A stretch of 64,000 nucleotides of DNA from Pedobacter sp. Its GTDB lineage: Bacteria; Desulfobacterota; Desulfuromonadia; Desulfuromonadales; Syntrophotaleaceae. Positions 49,717 through 60,061 of the stretch are shown piece by piece; the first letter of the stretch is position 1; every line of letters begins with the position of its first letter. The notes beneath the pieces were generated by a model, which was given only the letters and a program-made list of their open reading frames with translations, was not told the DNA's origin and did no database searches. The DNA lies in contig JBFWJC010000001.1 of the NCBI GenBank assembly GCA_050253415.1, positions 1,672,679 through 1,736,678 on the forward strand, given 5' to 3'. Made by a program: the position numbers and the translations under genes.

Positions 49717-51270
49717 TTAAACCCCTGTGTTCGGAGCGGGTTTCGCTTGTGAGGATTTTTCAGGTGTAATTTCGCCAAGATATTTGGGTAGCTCGATCCC
49801 CGCCATTCCAGCTACTTCGTGCAGTGGTGGCAGGCTCTTGATCAATCCGGAAAGAAAATTTGAGGTTGCGGTGCCGTCTTGACCGCCACTGGCGGAATCC
49901 CAGACGGTGACCTTGTCGATTTTGATGTTACGGATAGCCTCTACCTGCAGTTGGACGATATCCTGTATTTTTTCGGTCATGAGCAGGGTTGCCGCCGATT
50001 TCGCATCGCCATTACAGCCTTGTACCAGATTGAGATAACCTGCTGCTTTACTTTCCAGAACCAAACGTACGCCTTCGGCCTCTGCCTGATATTTCAGGAG
50101 GATCGCGTCGGCTTGGCCTTTTGCCTCGCGGCGGGTTTTTTCTGCTTCCGCTTCGGCCGCAATTTCGATTTTTTTCTTTTCAACTTCCTGGCGCACCACC
50201 TCTTCTGCGTTGAGCCGTTCCAATTCCGCCTTGTATTGGGCTTTTTGGATTTCAACTTCTGCCTCGCGGCGCGCCACCTCGCCGCGTTGCTGGGCGGAGG
50301 CCTGTTTTACCACCAGTTCGGCGACGGCATCGGCGATATCGGCTTTTGCACGGTTTTCGCCATCCACCGCGTGGGCTTCCTGTTGCTGCACAACGATGCG
50401 TCGATCAGCTTCGGCCATTTTTTGGCCTTTTGCAGACTCCGCGACATTTTCGGCAACTTTGATCTCTTTTTCGCGATTTGCTACGGCTTCGCCTATGGTG
50501 GCTTCCGATTCTTGCTGCTGGACAAAAATGCGCTGGTCCGCTTCCGCCTTTTTCTTGCCTTTTTCCGACTCGGCGACGTTTTCCGCTACCCTGATTTCTT
50601 TTACCCTGGTTGCCTCAGCTTCACCGATGGCTCCAAGCTGCTCTTGCTGGGCCACGTCAACCTTGGCCTGGTTAATGGCCTCCGAGGCGGCTTTCTTGCC
50701 AATGGAGTCGATGTAGCCGGATTCGTCGGTGATGTCGGTAATGTTGACGTTGATCAGAAATAAACCAATTTTATTCAATTCCGGAGAAACATTTCTACGT
50801 ATCGAATCAAGAAAGCTCTCGCGGTCCTGATTGATCTGCTCGATGGTCAACGAAGCCACGGTAAGTCGCAACTGGCCAAAGATGATTTCTTTGGCCATTT
50901 CCTCAATCTGATTCTGTGTGAGGTGAAGCAGGCGCTCGGCCGCTGAAGTCATGACTTCCTGTTCGGTGCTGATGCCGACCGTGAAGGTCGAAGGAACGTT
51001 AATGCGGATATTCTGCAAGGAAAGGGCTTTTTGCAGGGGGATGCTGATGGTCATCGGTGTCAGGCTGATATAGGCATAATCCTGAATCAATGGCCATATG
51101 AAGGTACCACCTCCGTGGATACAATTTGCAGATTGTCCCGCCCCCACCTTCCCGTAGACCACAAGTATCTTATCTGAGGGACAACGCTTATAGCGGGAAG
51201 CAAGATAAGTGATCGTCGACACAATAAGGATGAGGAACGCGGCAATAGGAACGATCCAAAAATCGAACAT
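49717..51270 (-). CDS. Flotillin (SPFH domain + EA-rich coiled coil; FloT-like)
   Basis: N-terminal TM, RYKRCPSDKILVVYGK, IHGGGTFIWP, GQLRLTVASLTIEQIN, IKIDKVTVWD. Confidence 0.92.
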   Translation of the reverse strand: MFDFWIVPIAAFLILIVSTITYLASRYKRCPSDKILVVYGKVGAGQSANCIHGGGTFIWPLIQDYAYISLTPMTISIPLQKALSLQNIRINVPSTFTVGISTEQEVMTSAAERLLHLTQNQIEEMAKEIIFGQLRLTVASLTIEQINQDRESFLDSIRRNVSPELNKIGLFLINVNITDITDESGYIDSIGKKAASEAINQAKVDVAQQEQLGAIGEAEATRVKEIRVAENVAESEKGKKKAEADQRIFVQQQESEATIGEAVANREKEIKVAENVAESAKGQKMAEADRRIVVQQQEAHAVDGENRAKADIADAVAELVVKQASAQQRGEVARREAEVEIQKAQYKAELERLNAEEVVRQEVEKKKIEIAAEAEAEKTRREAKGQADAILLKYQAEAEGVRLVLESKAAGYLNLVQGCNGDAKSAATLLMTEKIQDIVQLQVEAIRNIKIDKVTVWDSASGGQDGTATSNFLSGLIKSLPPLHEVAGMAGIELPKYLGEITPEKSSQAKPAPNTGV

Positions 51271-51280
51271 GTTTAATCCT

Positions 51281-51892
51281 TTACTTGTTTAATGTTTCTA
51301 TGATGAGGATGTTGGCACGTACCTCAATGACCTGTATGGGCGTTCCGGTTGGCACTTTTCTTCCATTTACTTCGGTAGCATCGAATTCGCGGAGACGATT
51401 TTGAAAATTGATACTCACGAGTCCCATACCTCCTTCGGGGATAGTCAGATAAACGATTCCGGTGCTACCTACAGCGTCACGGGTTTGCAATGTTCCGCTC
51501 GAATGCAGTTGCGATGCCATCCGGAAGAGCTTGCCGATGACCCACACCGAGGCCAGTCCTGCTCCAACCGCTCCGATAATGGAAAGGACAACCCCCATCT
51601 GGCTCTGTCGGTATAGGGCGAGCCCCACCAAACCGAACATCATGAAAAAAGAGGAGAGGCCCTGCAGGGAGAGGGCGCGAAAGCCAACATCAGAGTCCGG
51701 ATGTTCCGTATCAAAATCGATACCACCGTCACTGCCAATGTCTGTATCAACATCGCCGCCGAAAAATTGCATGACAAGTTTGATCAGAACAAAGAATCCG
51801 CCGATGATGGCGCCAATCAGGAAGAACGTCTCTAACCCGTTAAAATCTGTAAAAGTATTTATCAATGCATACCTCTCTTTTGCTTCTCCCAC
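51281..51892 (-). CDS. NfeD-like (YuaF-type) membrane protein
   Basis: Three TM segments plus OB-fold C-terminus (VGSTGIVYLTIP...REFDA); immediately upstream of flotillin. Confidence 0.82.
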   Translation of the reverse strand: MGEAKERYALINTFTDFNGLETFFLIGAIIGGFFVLIKLVMQFFGGDVDTDIGSDGGIDFDTEHPDSDVGFRALSLQGLSSFFMMFGLVGLALYRQSQMGVVLSIIGAVGAGLASVWVIGKLFRMASQLHSSGTLQTRDAVGSTGIVYLTIPEGGMGLVSINFQNRLREFDATEVNGRKVPTGTPIQVIEVRANILIIETLNK

Positions 51893-51998
51893 CTTGCGAT
51901 CAATGGCCGAACACTACATCGGACCCATTTGTCCATTTAGAGGAACCATGACAACGGAAATGAAGGTCATCCCTTCTTTTCGGTTCAAATTGAAAGAT

Positions 51999-52532
51999 TT
52001 ATTCACTTATGTTTTTTATGAAGGCCAGGGCCTCGACGCGAGAGGGGTGCGATTTTAACTGTTTGGCAATGAGGTATAGCTTATCGAAAAGTTCGTTGCC
52101 AAATTCCTGCTGAGCCCAATGGATATAGGCGTCTCTATGGGCACTTTCACGTTGTTTGTTTTGCCATGAGGTGGTCCAAAAGTCGGCAATATTGTCAAGA
52201 AGATGGGCCGTTGCAAGTTTGTGCCATTCGCCACGATCAAACCAAATGCCGCCACAGCGACTGCACCGATCCAGGTAGAAGGGATCATTCGATGTGATTT
52301 TAACCCGGGATAAGATTCCATGACCCAGGGGGCAGAGTCCCGTTACACTGTCAATGTGTGTGGTTTTATCGGAGTGCCGCCCGATTTGGCTGAGAACGCT
52401 TTCCTGCGTCATAAACTTTGGTATTTGATCGGCGTGTATCCAGAAGCCTCCGCAATTGCTGCATTTAATCGGGCCCCCTTGGGAGGATGTAACGCATTGC
52501 AATGTAAATGTTTTGCATTTAGGGCAGTCCAT
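51999..52532 (-). CDS. Double zinc-ribbon (zf-TFIIB-like) protein
   Basis: CPKC...CSNCGGFW and CPLGHG...CSRCGGIWFDRGE. Confidence 0.75.
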   Translation of the reverse strand: MDCPKCKTFTLQCVTSSQGGPIKCSNCGGFWIHADQIPKFMTQESVLSQIGRHSDKTTHIDSVTGLCPLGHGILSRVKITSNDPFYLDRCSRCGGIWFDRGEWHKLATAHLLDNIADFWTTSWQNKQRESAHRDAYIHWAQQEFGNELFDKLYLIAKQLKSHPSRVEALAFIKNISE

Positions 52533-53003
52533 AATGGCTAATGGTCCTTTCCGTTTTTTTGTTCTGGCAATTTTTTGCAAATTATCGGTCAGCTGTTTAT
52601 GGACTTCTTCAAATGTATGGCTGCATTAAACAATCTACGGAGAAACACCTGCCTTAGATATATGGGAACACCATAAAAGCTATTTTTGTATGGCTGTAAG
52701 CATAAACGTTTATAGCGTTGCACTTACAAAAAAACACTCAATTAAGAACTTTGGGTTCGTGGTTGCAATAAAATAATGGAGTTCTTTTAACATTGTGGTT
52801 GGAAGAAATCAATAAGCTTTAACTTTTTTACCATGTCTTTCCACTTTGCTACCGCAATCCAAGGAGGAGAATAATTATTTCAGCGCGGACGAATCTTCTT
52901 TGCTTATGGAATGGTTGCAGCAAAAGGGGCGCGCACTTATGCGGCATATTGCGGTGGCGTTTTGTGCCCATCCGCCTACTTCTGGATGGGCACAAAACGG
53001 TTT

Positions 53004-56000
53004 TCATCCTGCCATGGCCTCCAGGGCCAGACGCCTGGCAGTGCCGAGATCCGTTTTTCCTGTACCTAAACGGGGGATTTGTTCCACCTCCAAGAACATG
53101 GCAGGCAGCATGATGGGAATGATTTCGCCGATCAGGCTTTTCTTGATCGCGTCTCCTGACCATTCGGATTTCACCAATGCTACGATGCGTTCTCCCTTTT
53201 TAGTATCGGGTACCGCGACCGCCACAATCTCGGTTCCATTCGGGGTAATTTTGAGGATGGCGTCCTCTACCGCCGCCAGGCTGACCATCTCGCCACCAAT
53301 CTTGGCAAATCGTGAATAGCGCCCGAGAATCGTCAAAAAGCCATCTTCGTCCAGCATCCCCTTGTCGCCGCTTTTATACCAGCGAATACCGTTTTGTTCG
53401 ACGAGAGCTTCCCTGGTCCGCTCCTCATCTCCCAGGTAGCCCTGCATTATCTGGGTTCCGCCTATCAGGATCAATCCCGCCTCATCCGGCGGAAGGTCCT
53501 GCAGCGTCTGAGGATCGACGATTCGAAAGGTGCTGCCGGGCAGGGGCAGTCCTACCGTGCCGGGTTTGTGTCCCAACTGCACGGAAAAATCGGTCATATT
53601 CAAGGCATCGTTGACATTGACGCTGGCGACGGGGGTCGTTTCCGTGGTGCCGTAGCCTTCATGAATCTCCAACCCGAAACGATCGCGAAATGCCTGGCGG
53701 ATTTCGTTCGGCAAACGTTCCGCCCCGGCCACCACCTGTCGCAGGCTGCGGAACATCAAGGGATGCAGCTTTTTATTGCGTGCGTACATGCCCAGAAAAG
53801 TCGGTGTTCCGCACAGAATGGTGACCCCGTGTTCGGCTACCAGGCGGCCGACTTTACGGGCATCGGTAGGATCCGGCTGACAGACAAGAGGAATGCCCTG
53901 CAACAGCGGCAAAAAGGTGGTAATGGTCAGGCCGAAAGCGTGAAACAGGGGCAAGGTTGCCAGGATGACATCATCCTGGCAAGCATTGAGCAGACAGCTG
54001 ACCTGACGAATGTTGCCGACGATGTTGGTGTGGCTGAGCATCACGCCCTTGGGAGTGCCTTCACTGCCGCTGCTGAACAGGATGGTTGCGGTATCCTCCC
54101 GGGACGCTCGCTTGAAAAATATCGGTCGCAGTATAAAGACCGGTAACACGCGGGCCATGATCAGGCAAAGCAGCAGCGCCACCCGGTTCAGGTTGCGTCG
54201 CACATCCTCCAGGTAGACCACCTGCCTGCCTTCAAACGCTGCATCCAGATCGAAGCCTTTGGCCCTCAGTCGGGTCAAAAAGCGCTCCGAAGTCACCACC
54301 GTTTTAATCTCTGCTTTATTCATGCATTTGGCCATGATATCGGCACCGGCAGTGTAATTGAGGTTGACGACCGTCTTGGCCCGCATCAGTAAGGACAGGT
54401 TGGCCATAATGCCGCCGGCGCTGGGGGGCAACAAGACCCCGACATTTCTGACTTCGCCGACGAGCTTTGCGAGTTGTTTTGATATGGCCAGGCAGGCTCC
54501 CAGCAGCCGGGTGCCGGAAAATGAGGTGCCGTCCGCATCGATGATGCAAGTACTGCCCATATCCTTTTTGACTCTTTTGAGCCAGGATACGTCCAGGGTG
54601 TCAAAGGTGTCGCTGTAATATTTCCAGGTTTCGATGGAGAGATGAAAAACCGCGGCTTTGACCTGGCGGGCATCGGCCTCCCGCGGTAGCGGCTTACCGA
54701 AACTGACCGTAACGTCACGCACTGTACCGCGTCCGGTCGTGCGTCGCAGTTTGGCCGACGCGAAGGAAAACGCACTGCCCCAAAGACCCCGAAGATAAAA
54801 AGGAACAATCACGCAATCGGCGTGACGCGCCGCTTCTTCAAAGCCTCGTTTGAATTCGCCAAGTTGACCGTTACGGCTCAGGGCTCCCTCGGGAAACAAT
54901 GCCACGACTTCGCCCCGGTCCAAGGCTTTGCTGACTTCCTCCAGGGCGCTGCGAAAACCGCGTCCCGAGATGGGAATAGCGTGAAACAGATCGAGCGCCC
55001 AGCGCCAGTACCAGCGTTCGTAGAAACTGCGTGCCATGACAAAGCGTAACGGTCGGGGTACCGCCAGTTGCAAAACAGCCCAGTCAAGGAAACTGGTGTG
55101 GTTTCCAAGCAGCAGCACGCCGCCTTGGGAGGGGATGTTGTTAAGTCCTGAGACGGTGAGGTTGTAGCGTTGTGACACAACAACCCGTAACAGATACCGT
55201 AACAACGACTGGGGCAATTTCCACAGGGCATAGATCGTTCCGACCAACACGATGGCCGAGAGTATCTTAAACAGAGGTACGCTGCTGATCCCGTAGTTTG
55301 CGGCCAGTAAGGTGCCGCCCAGAAAGAGCAGCATCGCGATATTTTGCATGAAATTGTTGCCGGCCAAAACCCGTCCGAGATCGCCTTCTTTGGCATTAAA
55401 TTGAATGAGGGCGTTGAGAGGGACGACCAGCATACCGCCGGCTATGCCATACAAGAACAGGAGACTGCCCAGGGCCATGGGGTGGGTAATGCCGGGCAGC
55501 AGGAACAGACAAAGGGTCATGATGACGGATGCGGCGGGGATAAGACCCGTTTCGATATAATTTTTACTGCATCGGCCAGCCGTCATGGAGCCAAAGAATA
55601 AACCCACGCCGCCGACCGCCAGCATCCCTTGGGCGACAACCGTATTGTTTTCGCCGACGGTCGCCTTGAGGTGGGCACCAAACGCAGCCAGTAGCACCTG
55701 GTTGACAGCCCAGAAGATACTTAATCCCAGCACTGCAAGCCAGATGGTGTTGTTGTCGGACAGCAATCGAAAGTTCGTGCGCAACTGACGTCCGCTCAGG
55801 TAATCGGACCAATCGAGACGTAGTCGCCGATCACCGGGAATGGTCTTTGGCAAACCACGGGTCAAGAGTGTTTGCAATACGGCACCTGCTACCAGAAAGT
55901 AGCCACTGGGCGCGATAGTGCGCAGGATGTCGGCCGGGGTGAGTGCGGAACCGCCCAGTAAATATTCGAAAATGATCGAATAGATCACGCCGCCAGCCAG

Positions 56001-56453
56001 GATTGCGACAATGGTGACCGATTGCACGATCGCATTGCCACCGGCAAGCTTCTCCTTGCCTACCAGTTCCTTGAGGTAAGCGTATTTGGCCGGCGAATAG
56101 ATGGCACTCTGGGCGGCGAGCAGGAAGGTCAGGGCGAAGGCCGGCCAGAACAGGCCAAGGTGGTAACAGAGGACAATCAGTAGTGTCAGAGGGATGGTTG
56201 CGGCGGCACAGAGTTTGATGACGACATTTTTGGCGAAGCGATCAGACAGGAAGCCGCTGGGGGTAAACAGCAGGATGAAGGGCAACAGAATCAGTGCGTT
56301 GACTACCGCCGTCAGGGCAATTTGTTCCGTTCCTTCGTAACATTTGAAGACGATGTTCTGAATGATAATCTTATGACCAAGATCGGTTATGGTATTGAGC
56401 AACACCACCGCGATATAGGGGGTGAACCCAGGGATGCGAAACATTTGCTTCAT
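53004..56453 (-). CDS. aas: Acyl-[ACP]--phospholipid O-acyltransferase (MFS/LplT + acyltransferase + acyl-ACP synthetase fusion)
   Basis: N-terminal MFS helices, NHTSFLD and FPEG acyltransferase motifs, FSSGSEGTPKGV and EGYGTTETTP AMP-binding motifs. Confidence 0.92.
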   Translation of the reverse strand: MKQMFRIPGFTPYIAVVLLNTITDLGHKIIIQNIVFKCYEGTEQIALTAVVNALILLPFILLFTPSGFLSDRFAKNVVIKLCAAATIPLTLLIVLCYHLGLFWPAFALTFLLAAQSAIYSPAKYAYLKELVGKEKLAGGNAIVQSVTIVAILAGGVIYSIIFEYLLGGSALTPADILRTIAPSGYFLVAGAVLQTLLTRGLPKTIPGDRRLRLDWSDYLSGRQLRTNFRLLSDNNTIWLAVLGLSIFWAVNQVLLAAFGAHLKATVGENNTVVAQGMLAVGGVGLFFGSMTAGRCSKNYIETGLIPAASVIMTLCLFLLPGITHPMALGSLLFLYGIAGGMLVVPLNALIQFNAKEGDLGRVLAGNNFMQNIAMLLFLGGTLLAANYGISSVPLFKILSAIVLVGTIYALWKLPQSLLRYLLRVVVSQRYNLTVSGLNNIPSQGGVLLLGNHTSFLDWAVLQLAVPRPLRFVMARSFYERWYWRWALDLFHAIPISGRGFRSALEEVSKALDRGEVVALFPEGALSRNGQLGEFKRGFEEAARHADCVIVPFYLRGLWGSAFSFASAKLRRTTGRGTVRDVTVSFGKPLPREADARQVKAAVFHLSIETWKYYSDTFDTLDVSWLKRVKKDMGSTCIIDADGTSFSGTRLLGACLAISKQLAKLVGEVRNVGVLLPPSAGGIMANLSLLMRAKTVVNLNYTAGADIMAKCMNKAEIKTVVTSERFLTRLRAKGFDLDAAFEGRQVVYLEDVRRNLNRVALLLCLIMARVLPVFILRPIFFKRASREDTATILFSSGSEGTPKGVMLSHTNIVGNIRQVSCLLNACQDDVILATLPLFHAFGLTITTFLPLLQGIPLVCQPDPTDARKVGRLVAEHGVTILCGTPTFLGMYARNKKLHPLMFRSLRQVVAGAERLPNEIRQAFRDRFGLEIHEGYGTTETTPVASVNVNDALNMTDFSVQLGHKPGTVGLPLPGSTFRIVDPQTLQDLPPDEAGLILIGGTQIMQGYLGDEERTREALVEQNGIRWYKSGDKGMLDEDGFLTILGRYSRFAKIGGEMVSLAAVEDAILKITPNGTEIVAVAVPDTKKGERIVALVKSEWSGDAIKKSLIGEIIPIMLPAMFLEVEQIPRLGTGKTDLGTARRLALEAMAG

Positions 56454-56537
56454 AAAAAATCCTCCCCACAGACGGGCGATTATTGCTACGCCTGATAGTT
56501 ACAAATGAAATCCCATTAAACACAATAAATCTTTGCA

Positions 56538-56566
56538 AAACTACAGAGTTCATTGGTTTATGTCAA
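56538..56566 (-). promoter_or_regulatory. Possible internal sigma70 promoter for aas
   Basis: TTGACA-17 bp-TAGTTT. Confidence 0.45.
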
Positions 56567-56613
56567 TGGCCAAAGGCGGGTTACCCGATACCCTTCGGAA
56601 GGTTGAGGTTTGC

Positions 56614-57249
56614 TTATGTCTGTTTTCGCCACGGTGCGTTGACATAGAGCTGGCTCCACCAGACCAGGCTGATTATGATTCCAGCCGAAAGGCCCGCTGC
56701 ATGGGCCTGCGGCACAGACGGCCATGCCGTTGCGGTAAACAGTGCTTGATCGTGAAGGGCTTCCAGGGCGATTTTCAAGGTAGCGGCAAAACCTATAACG
56801 ACTACCAGTCCACTGCGGCTGGTACGCCACTGTTGCATCAGGCCGGCCGCCAGCAGGGTATTGAGAAGACCCGACAGGCCGCAATAACGCAAGGGAGCCT
56901 GCCCCCACCAGAGCCAGGCATTCACGGCAACCATGCCGCTCGTCATGATGGTGAGAAACTGCCGATGGGAAAACCGGTCTTCAAACAACCACCCCAGAAC
57001 CAGTAACCCAGCCATATCCCAACAGAGATGGGAAAGGTCGCAATGAATCAGATGTCCGGTTACCAACCGCCACCACTGGCCGTGTGTGACCGCTACACGG
57101 TCAAAAACCAAAGCGGGGGATGCGGGGCCGGCCACGAGGTAGAGTAAAAGGGCCAGGGCGGCCATGATCAGGGTCAACCATGGTACGCCCTGGAGGATAT
57201 GATGCATATTCAAAGCAATATTATGATCATTTGAAGTCTTGCTTGCCAT
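56614..57249 (-). CDS. rrtA: Rhombosortase (rhomboid-family sorting protease)
   Basis: GQWWRLVTGHLIH, HLCWD, YCGLSG (catalytic Ser), AHAAG (catalytic His); adjacent to a GlyGly-CTERM protein. Confidence 0.85.
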   Translation of the reverse strand: MASKTSNDHNIALNMHHILQGVPWLTLIMAALALLLYLVAGPASPALVFDRVAVTHGQWWRLVTGHLIHCDLSHLCWDMAGLLVLGWLFEDRFSHRQFLTIMTSGMVAVNAWLWWGQAPLRYCGLSGLLNTLLAAGLMQQWRTSRSGLVVVIGFAATLKIALEALHDQALFTATAWPSVPQAHAAGLSAGIIISLVWWSQLYVNAPWRKQT

Positions 57250-57257
57250 GGCAGCTT

Positions 57258-59402
57258 TTAACTCCGATTGCGGTTTTTGCTTTGACCGGTCAGGCGCAGT
57301 GCCGCCAGGGGTGCCAGCAATAAGCCGTACCAGAGATCAAGTGCGCCGCCTCCGCCGCCACCAAAAGAAGAGCGAGGCGAGGTGAACATCGGCTTTGAGC
57401 TATCGACCCGGGTCGATTTTGCAGGCTGTACTGCACGCTGTGCCTGAGCTTTGGTTTCCAGTTCGCGACGGGCCCGGTTACGGCGCTGAACTCCCCGTTG
57501 GGTGAACTGCTCTTCGGACATGACCAGCATCGATGTGTAGTCGGTGACCAGACTGTATTCCAATGCCACATCGGTTATGCCCTGCTTGAGATCCGCTGCT
57601 TCACCGAAATCTTCTATTTCAGCCTGCATATCCTCAATGGACGCATAAGCCCAGAGGCGCTCTACTTCAGGGTTAAGAGCAGACACCGGGGGAAAGTTAA
57701 ACTGGGTCTGGTATGTTTTTGCCTCGCCGGCAACCTTGCCGGACAGACGAACGGTTGCATCGCCACCTTTCCAGTAGTGGCCAAAAATCACCAATTGCTG
57801 GCCGCGGTAAAGACTGCCGATGGTGCGGGGTGTCAAGTCGGCTACCTTGATGCCTTCGATGTCGAGTTTGACGCCATGCAGCGCTTCATGCGAGACCTTA
57901 TCCATAGCCAGCAACAATTTGCCGACAATGTCATCGGCATTGGAAATGCTCAGGGCAAACCCGTTGGATGCTTTGGTGATAGCTTCGAGCAGGGGCAGAT
58001 TGGCACTGTTACCCATGATGAAAGTAAACAGACGGATATCCTTTTTTTCCAGCAGCTGGATAAATTTTCGCTGTGCGGTTTCACCGACATTGGCCACGCC
58101 ATCTGTCACCAGTACAATGGCACCGGTTCGATCGGCATCGAGCCCTCGCAGGCCCATTTCGAGGCCGGCAAACAGGTTGGTACTGCTTGAGGGGTTGACC
58201 TGGGCCACCTTATTACTCCAGGTCGCTACATTCTGCGCATTTGCGGTGACGAAGCCGGAGGTCAGTTCGTGTGCTTCGTCATTGAACAGGACAATGCGGA
58301 ATCGATCATCGGGGCGCATCTTCTTCAAGGCGCGCTGCACGCCATCCGTCAGCGTTGCATATTTGCCCTGCATGGAGCCGGAAATGTCGAGCACAAAAAT
58401 CCAGTCGCGGCCTTCGGTGATCGGTTGCAGATCATCGCCGGGCGTCAGGGTCAACATAAAGGTGCCGCGGTCACTGCCTGCTCCTTTGTGGGCGACCATC
58501 TCGACACTGCCTGGGAGCCCCTGCTGATGGCGCCAATAAATAACAACGTCCTGATCCAGACGGTAGCTCGCATGACCTCGATTGCCGACCGTCGACAGCT
58601 CGTTATGTTCATCTATCGATCCGGAAGAAGGGGTATCAGGGAGAGGGGGCGGAATGAGATCAGGGTTTTGAGCCATGGAATCGGTTGCAACGGTCGCAGC
58701 CTGGTTGGACAGTTGTATCACCCAGTCACCGTTGGTATCACGATTGATCTGGGCCCCTGGGTGATTGGGGAGACGTACCGCATCGACAGGGTAGGAAGAG
58801 CGAATGCGCATGTCAAAACTAAAGTGCCCGGTGACTTCATCGTTAGCCGTCCAGAATGCCAGCTTTTCTTCGTCCACTCCACCGTCTTCGAGGGGATAGA
58901 CGTAACTGCCGATGCCTGTATCGACATGGGCCGGTTGCAGGTAAACCAGTCGCATGCGCGTATCCTGTCCGGCGCGGACCGGGGAAACGCTGATATCAAA
59001 GGTTTTGTAGTGATCTTTCTCGGTCAAGCCGGCATCGCGACCGGCGGCTTTTTCCTCTTCGTAAATACGGCGCGCCTCTTTTTTCTCAAACACCTCTCCC
59101 GTCACCGGCTTTCCGTCGATCCACATGCTAAACTCGGCCACGGCAGCGTGTTCCGGAACCGGGCAGGAGTAAATGGCTTCAAGATCCCGGTCATGGGGGT
59201 TGTGAAACACCTGTTCTACGCTGGTTATGGCATAGCCGTCTTCAACGACGACCTTTACCATGTGGTCGTGAATAGCAAGGGCAGGGAGCGAGCCGTCCTT
59301 TGGCGTCAGCAGCCCCGCAGCGAAAACCTGTGTCCACGAAAACAACATGCAGAAGACCATAGATGTTGCTACGGATATTACCCATTTTGTTCGTTGTGTC
59401 AT
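57258..59402 (-). CDS. Secreted VIT + vWA domain protein with C-terminal GlyGly-CTERM sorting signal
   Basis: Signal peptide; VIT domain (VEQVFHNP..DLEAIY...GEVFEKKEARRIYE); vWA MIDAS FVLDISGSM and LVTDG; tail GGGGGGALDLWYGLLLAPLAALRLTGQSKNRNRS. Confidence 0.9.
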   Translation of the reverse strand: MTQRTKWVISVATSMVFCMLFSWTQVFAAGLLTPKDGSLPALAIHDHMVKVVVEDGYAITSVEQVFHNPHDRDLEAIYSCPVPEHAAVAEFSMWIDGKPVTGEVFEKKEARRIYEEEKAAGRDAGLTEKDHYKTFDISVSPVRAGQDTRMRLVYLQPAHVDTGIGSYVYPLEDGGVDEEKLAFWTANDEVTGHFSFDMRIRSSYPVDAVRLPNHPGAQINRDTNGDWVIQLSNQAATVATDSMAQNPDLIPPPLPDTPSSGSIDEHNELSTVGNRGHASYRLDQDVVIYWRHQQGLPGSVEMVAHKGAGSDRGTFMLTLTPGDDLQPITEGRDWIFVLDISGSMQGKYATLTDGVQRALKKMRPDDRFRIVLFNDEAHELTSGFVTANAQNVATWSNKVAQVNPSSSTNLFAGLEMGLRGLDADRTGAIVLVTDGVANVGETAQRKFIQLLEKKDIRLFTFIMGNSANLPLLEAITKASNGFALSISNADDIVGKLLLAMDKVSHEALHGVKLDIEGIKVADLTPRTIGSLYRGQQLVIFGHYWKGGDATVRLSGKVAGEAKTYQTQFNFPPVSALNPEVERLWAYASIEDMQAEIEDFGEAADLKQGITDVALEYSLVTDYTSMLVMSEEQFTQRGVQRRNRARRELETKAQAQRAVQPAKSTRVDSSKPMFTSPRSSFGGGGGGALDLWYGLLLAPLAALRLTGQSKNRNRS

Positions 59403-59415
59403 TGTTTCCTCCTGT

Positions 59416-59439
59416 TAGTAAATAAACGATTATTTACTA
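59416..59439. promoter_or_regulatory. Candidate TetR operator upstream of the VIT-vWA gene
   Basis: TAGTAAATAA-ACGA-TTATTTACTA perfect 10-bp arms abutting the RBS. Confidence 0.7.
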
Positions 59440-59473
59440 TTGTGGGCAAAAAAATTTGCCTCCGGTTTATCGG

Positions 59474-60043
59474 CTAGCTACAACCCACCAAGCGCTGACA
59501 GGCTTCGATGACCGTCTCTACGGTTTGGTCATTGACGCTCAATCGTCCATAACCATGCATGATCAACGGTTGAAGGATGGCTCCCATCAAAAGACCGGCC
59601 AGTAAAACCGGGTCCTGATCAGAGATGTCGCCTTCCGTTATCCCTCGGCGGATAAAGTTGATGGCCATATCGTTGGGATTGTTTTTTTCATCCAGAATTG
59701 CCTGTTCCGGGAAGTTGTGTTGACTGAGCAGGATAAAAGAGAAACGGTCAGGATGTTGAGCGTAATAACGGTAGATATACCGTATTGCATCGGCAAGTCG
59801 GTCGGAGAACGTCCCCTTGCTCTGCAGGATCGGCAACAGCAAATCGGTAAAGTTCTTTAATTCCTGGGAAAAGAGCTGCCATGCCATGGAGTTTTTGCTT
59901 TTGTAGTGCCTGTAAAGCGCTCCTTCCGTGGCTCCGGCTTCCATGGCGATATCCTTCAGGGTGGTTGCGGCCAGCCCCTTACGGGAAAAAAGTTTGATTG
60001 CTGCCGTTTCGATGTTTGTTTTTTTACTGATGGGGCGTGCCAT
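59474..60043 (-). CDS. TetR/AcrR family transcriptional regulator
   Basis: AAIKLFSRKGLAATTLKDIAMEAGATEGALYRHYKSK HTH. Confidence 0.92.
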   Translation of the reverse strand: MARPISKKTNIETAAIKLFSRKGLAATTLKDIAMEAGATEGALYRHYKSKNSMAWQLFSQELKNFTDLLLPILQSKGTFSDRLADAIRYIYRYYAQHPDRFSFILLSQHNFPEQAILDEKNNPNDMAINFIRRGITEGDISDQDPVLLAGLLMGAILQPLIMHGYGRLSVNDQTVETVIEACQRLVGCS

Positions 60044-60061
60044 GCTTGATCCCTCCATTGA

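Noticed and set aside
58269..59477. 402-aa ORF antisense to the VIT-vWA gene
   Set aside because: Shadow ORF with no motifs.
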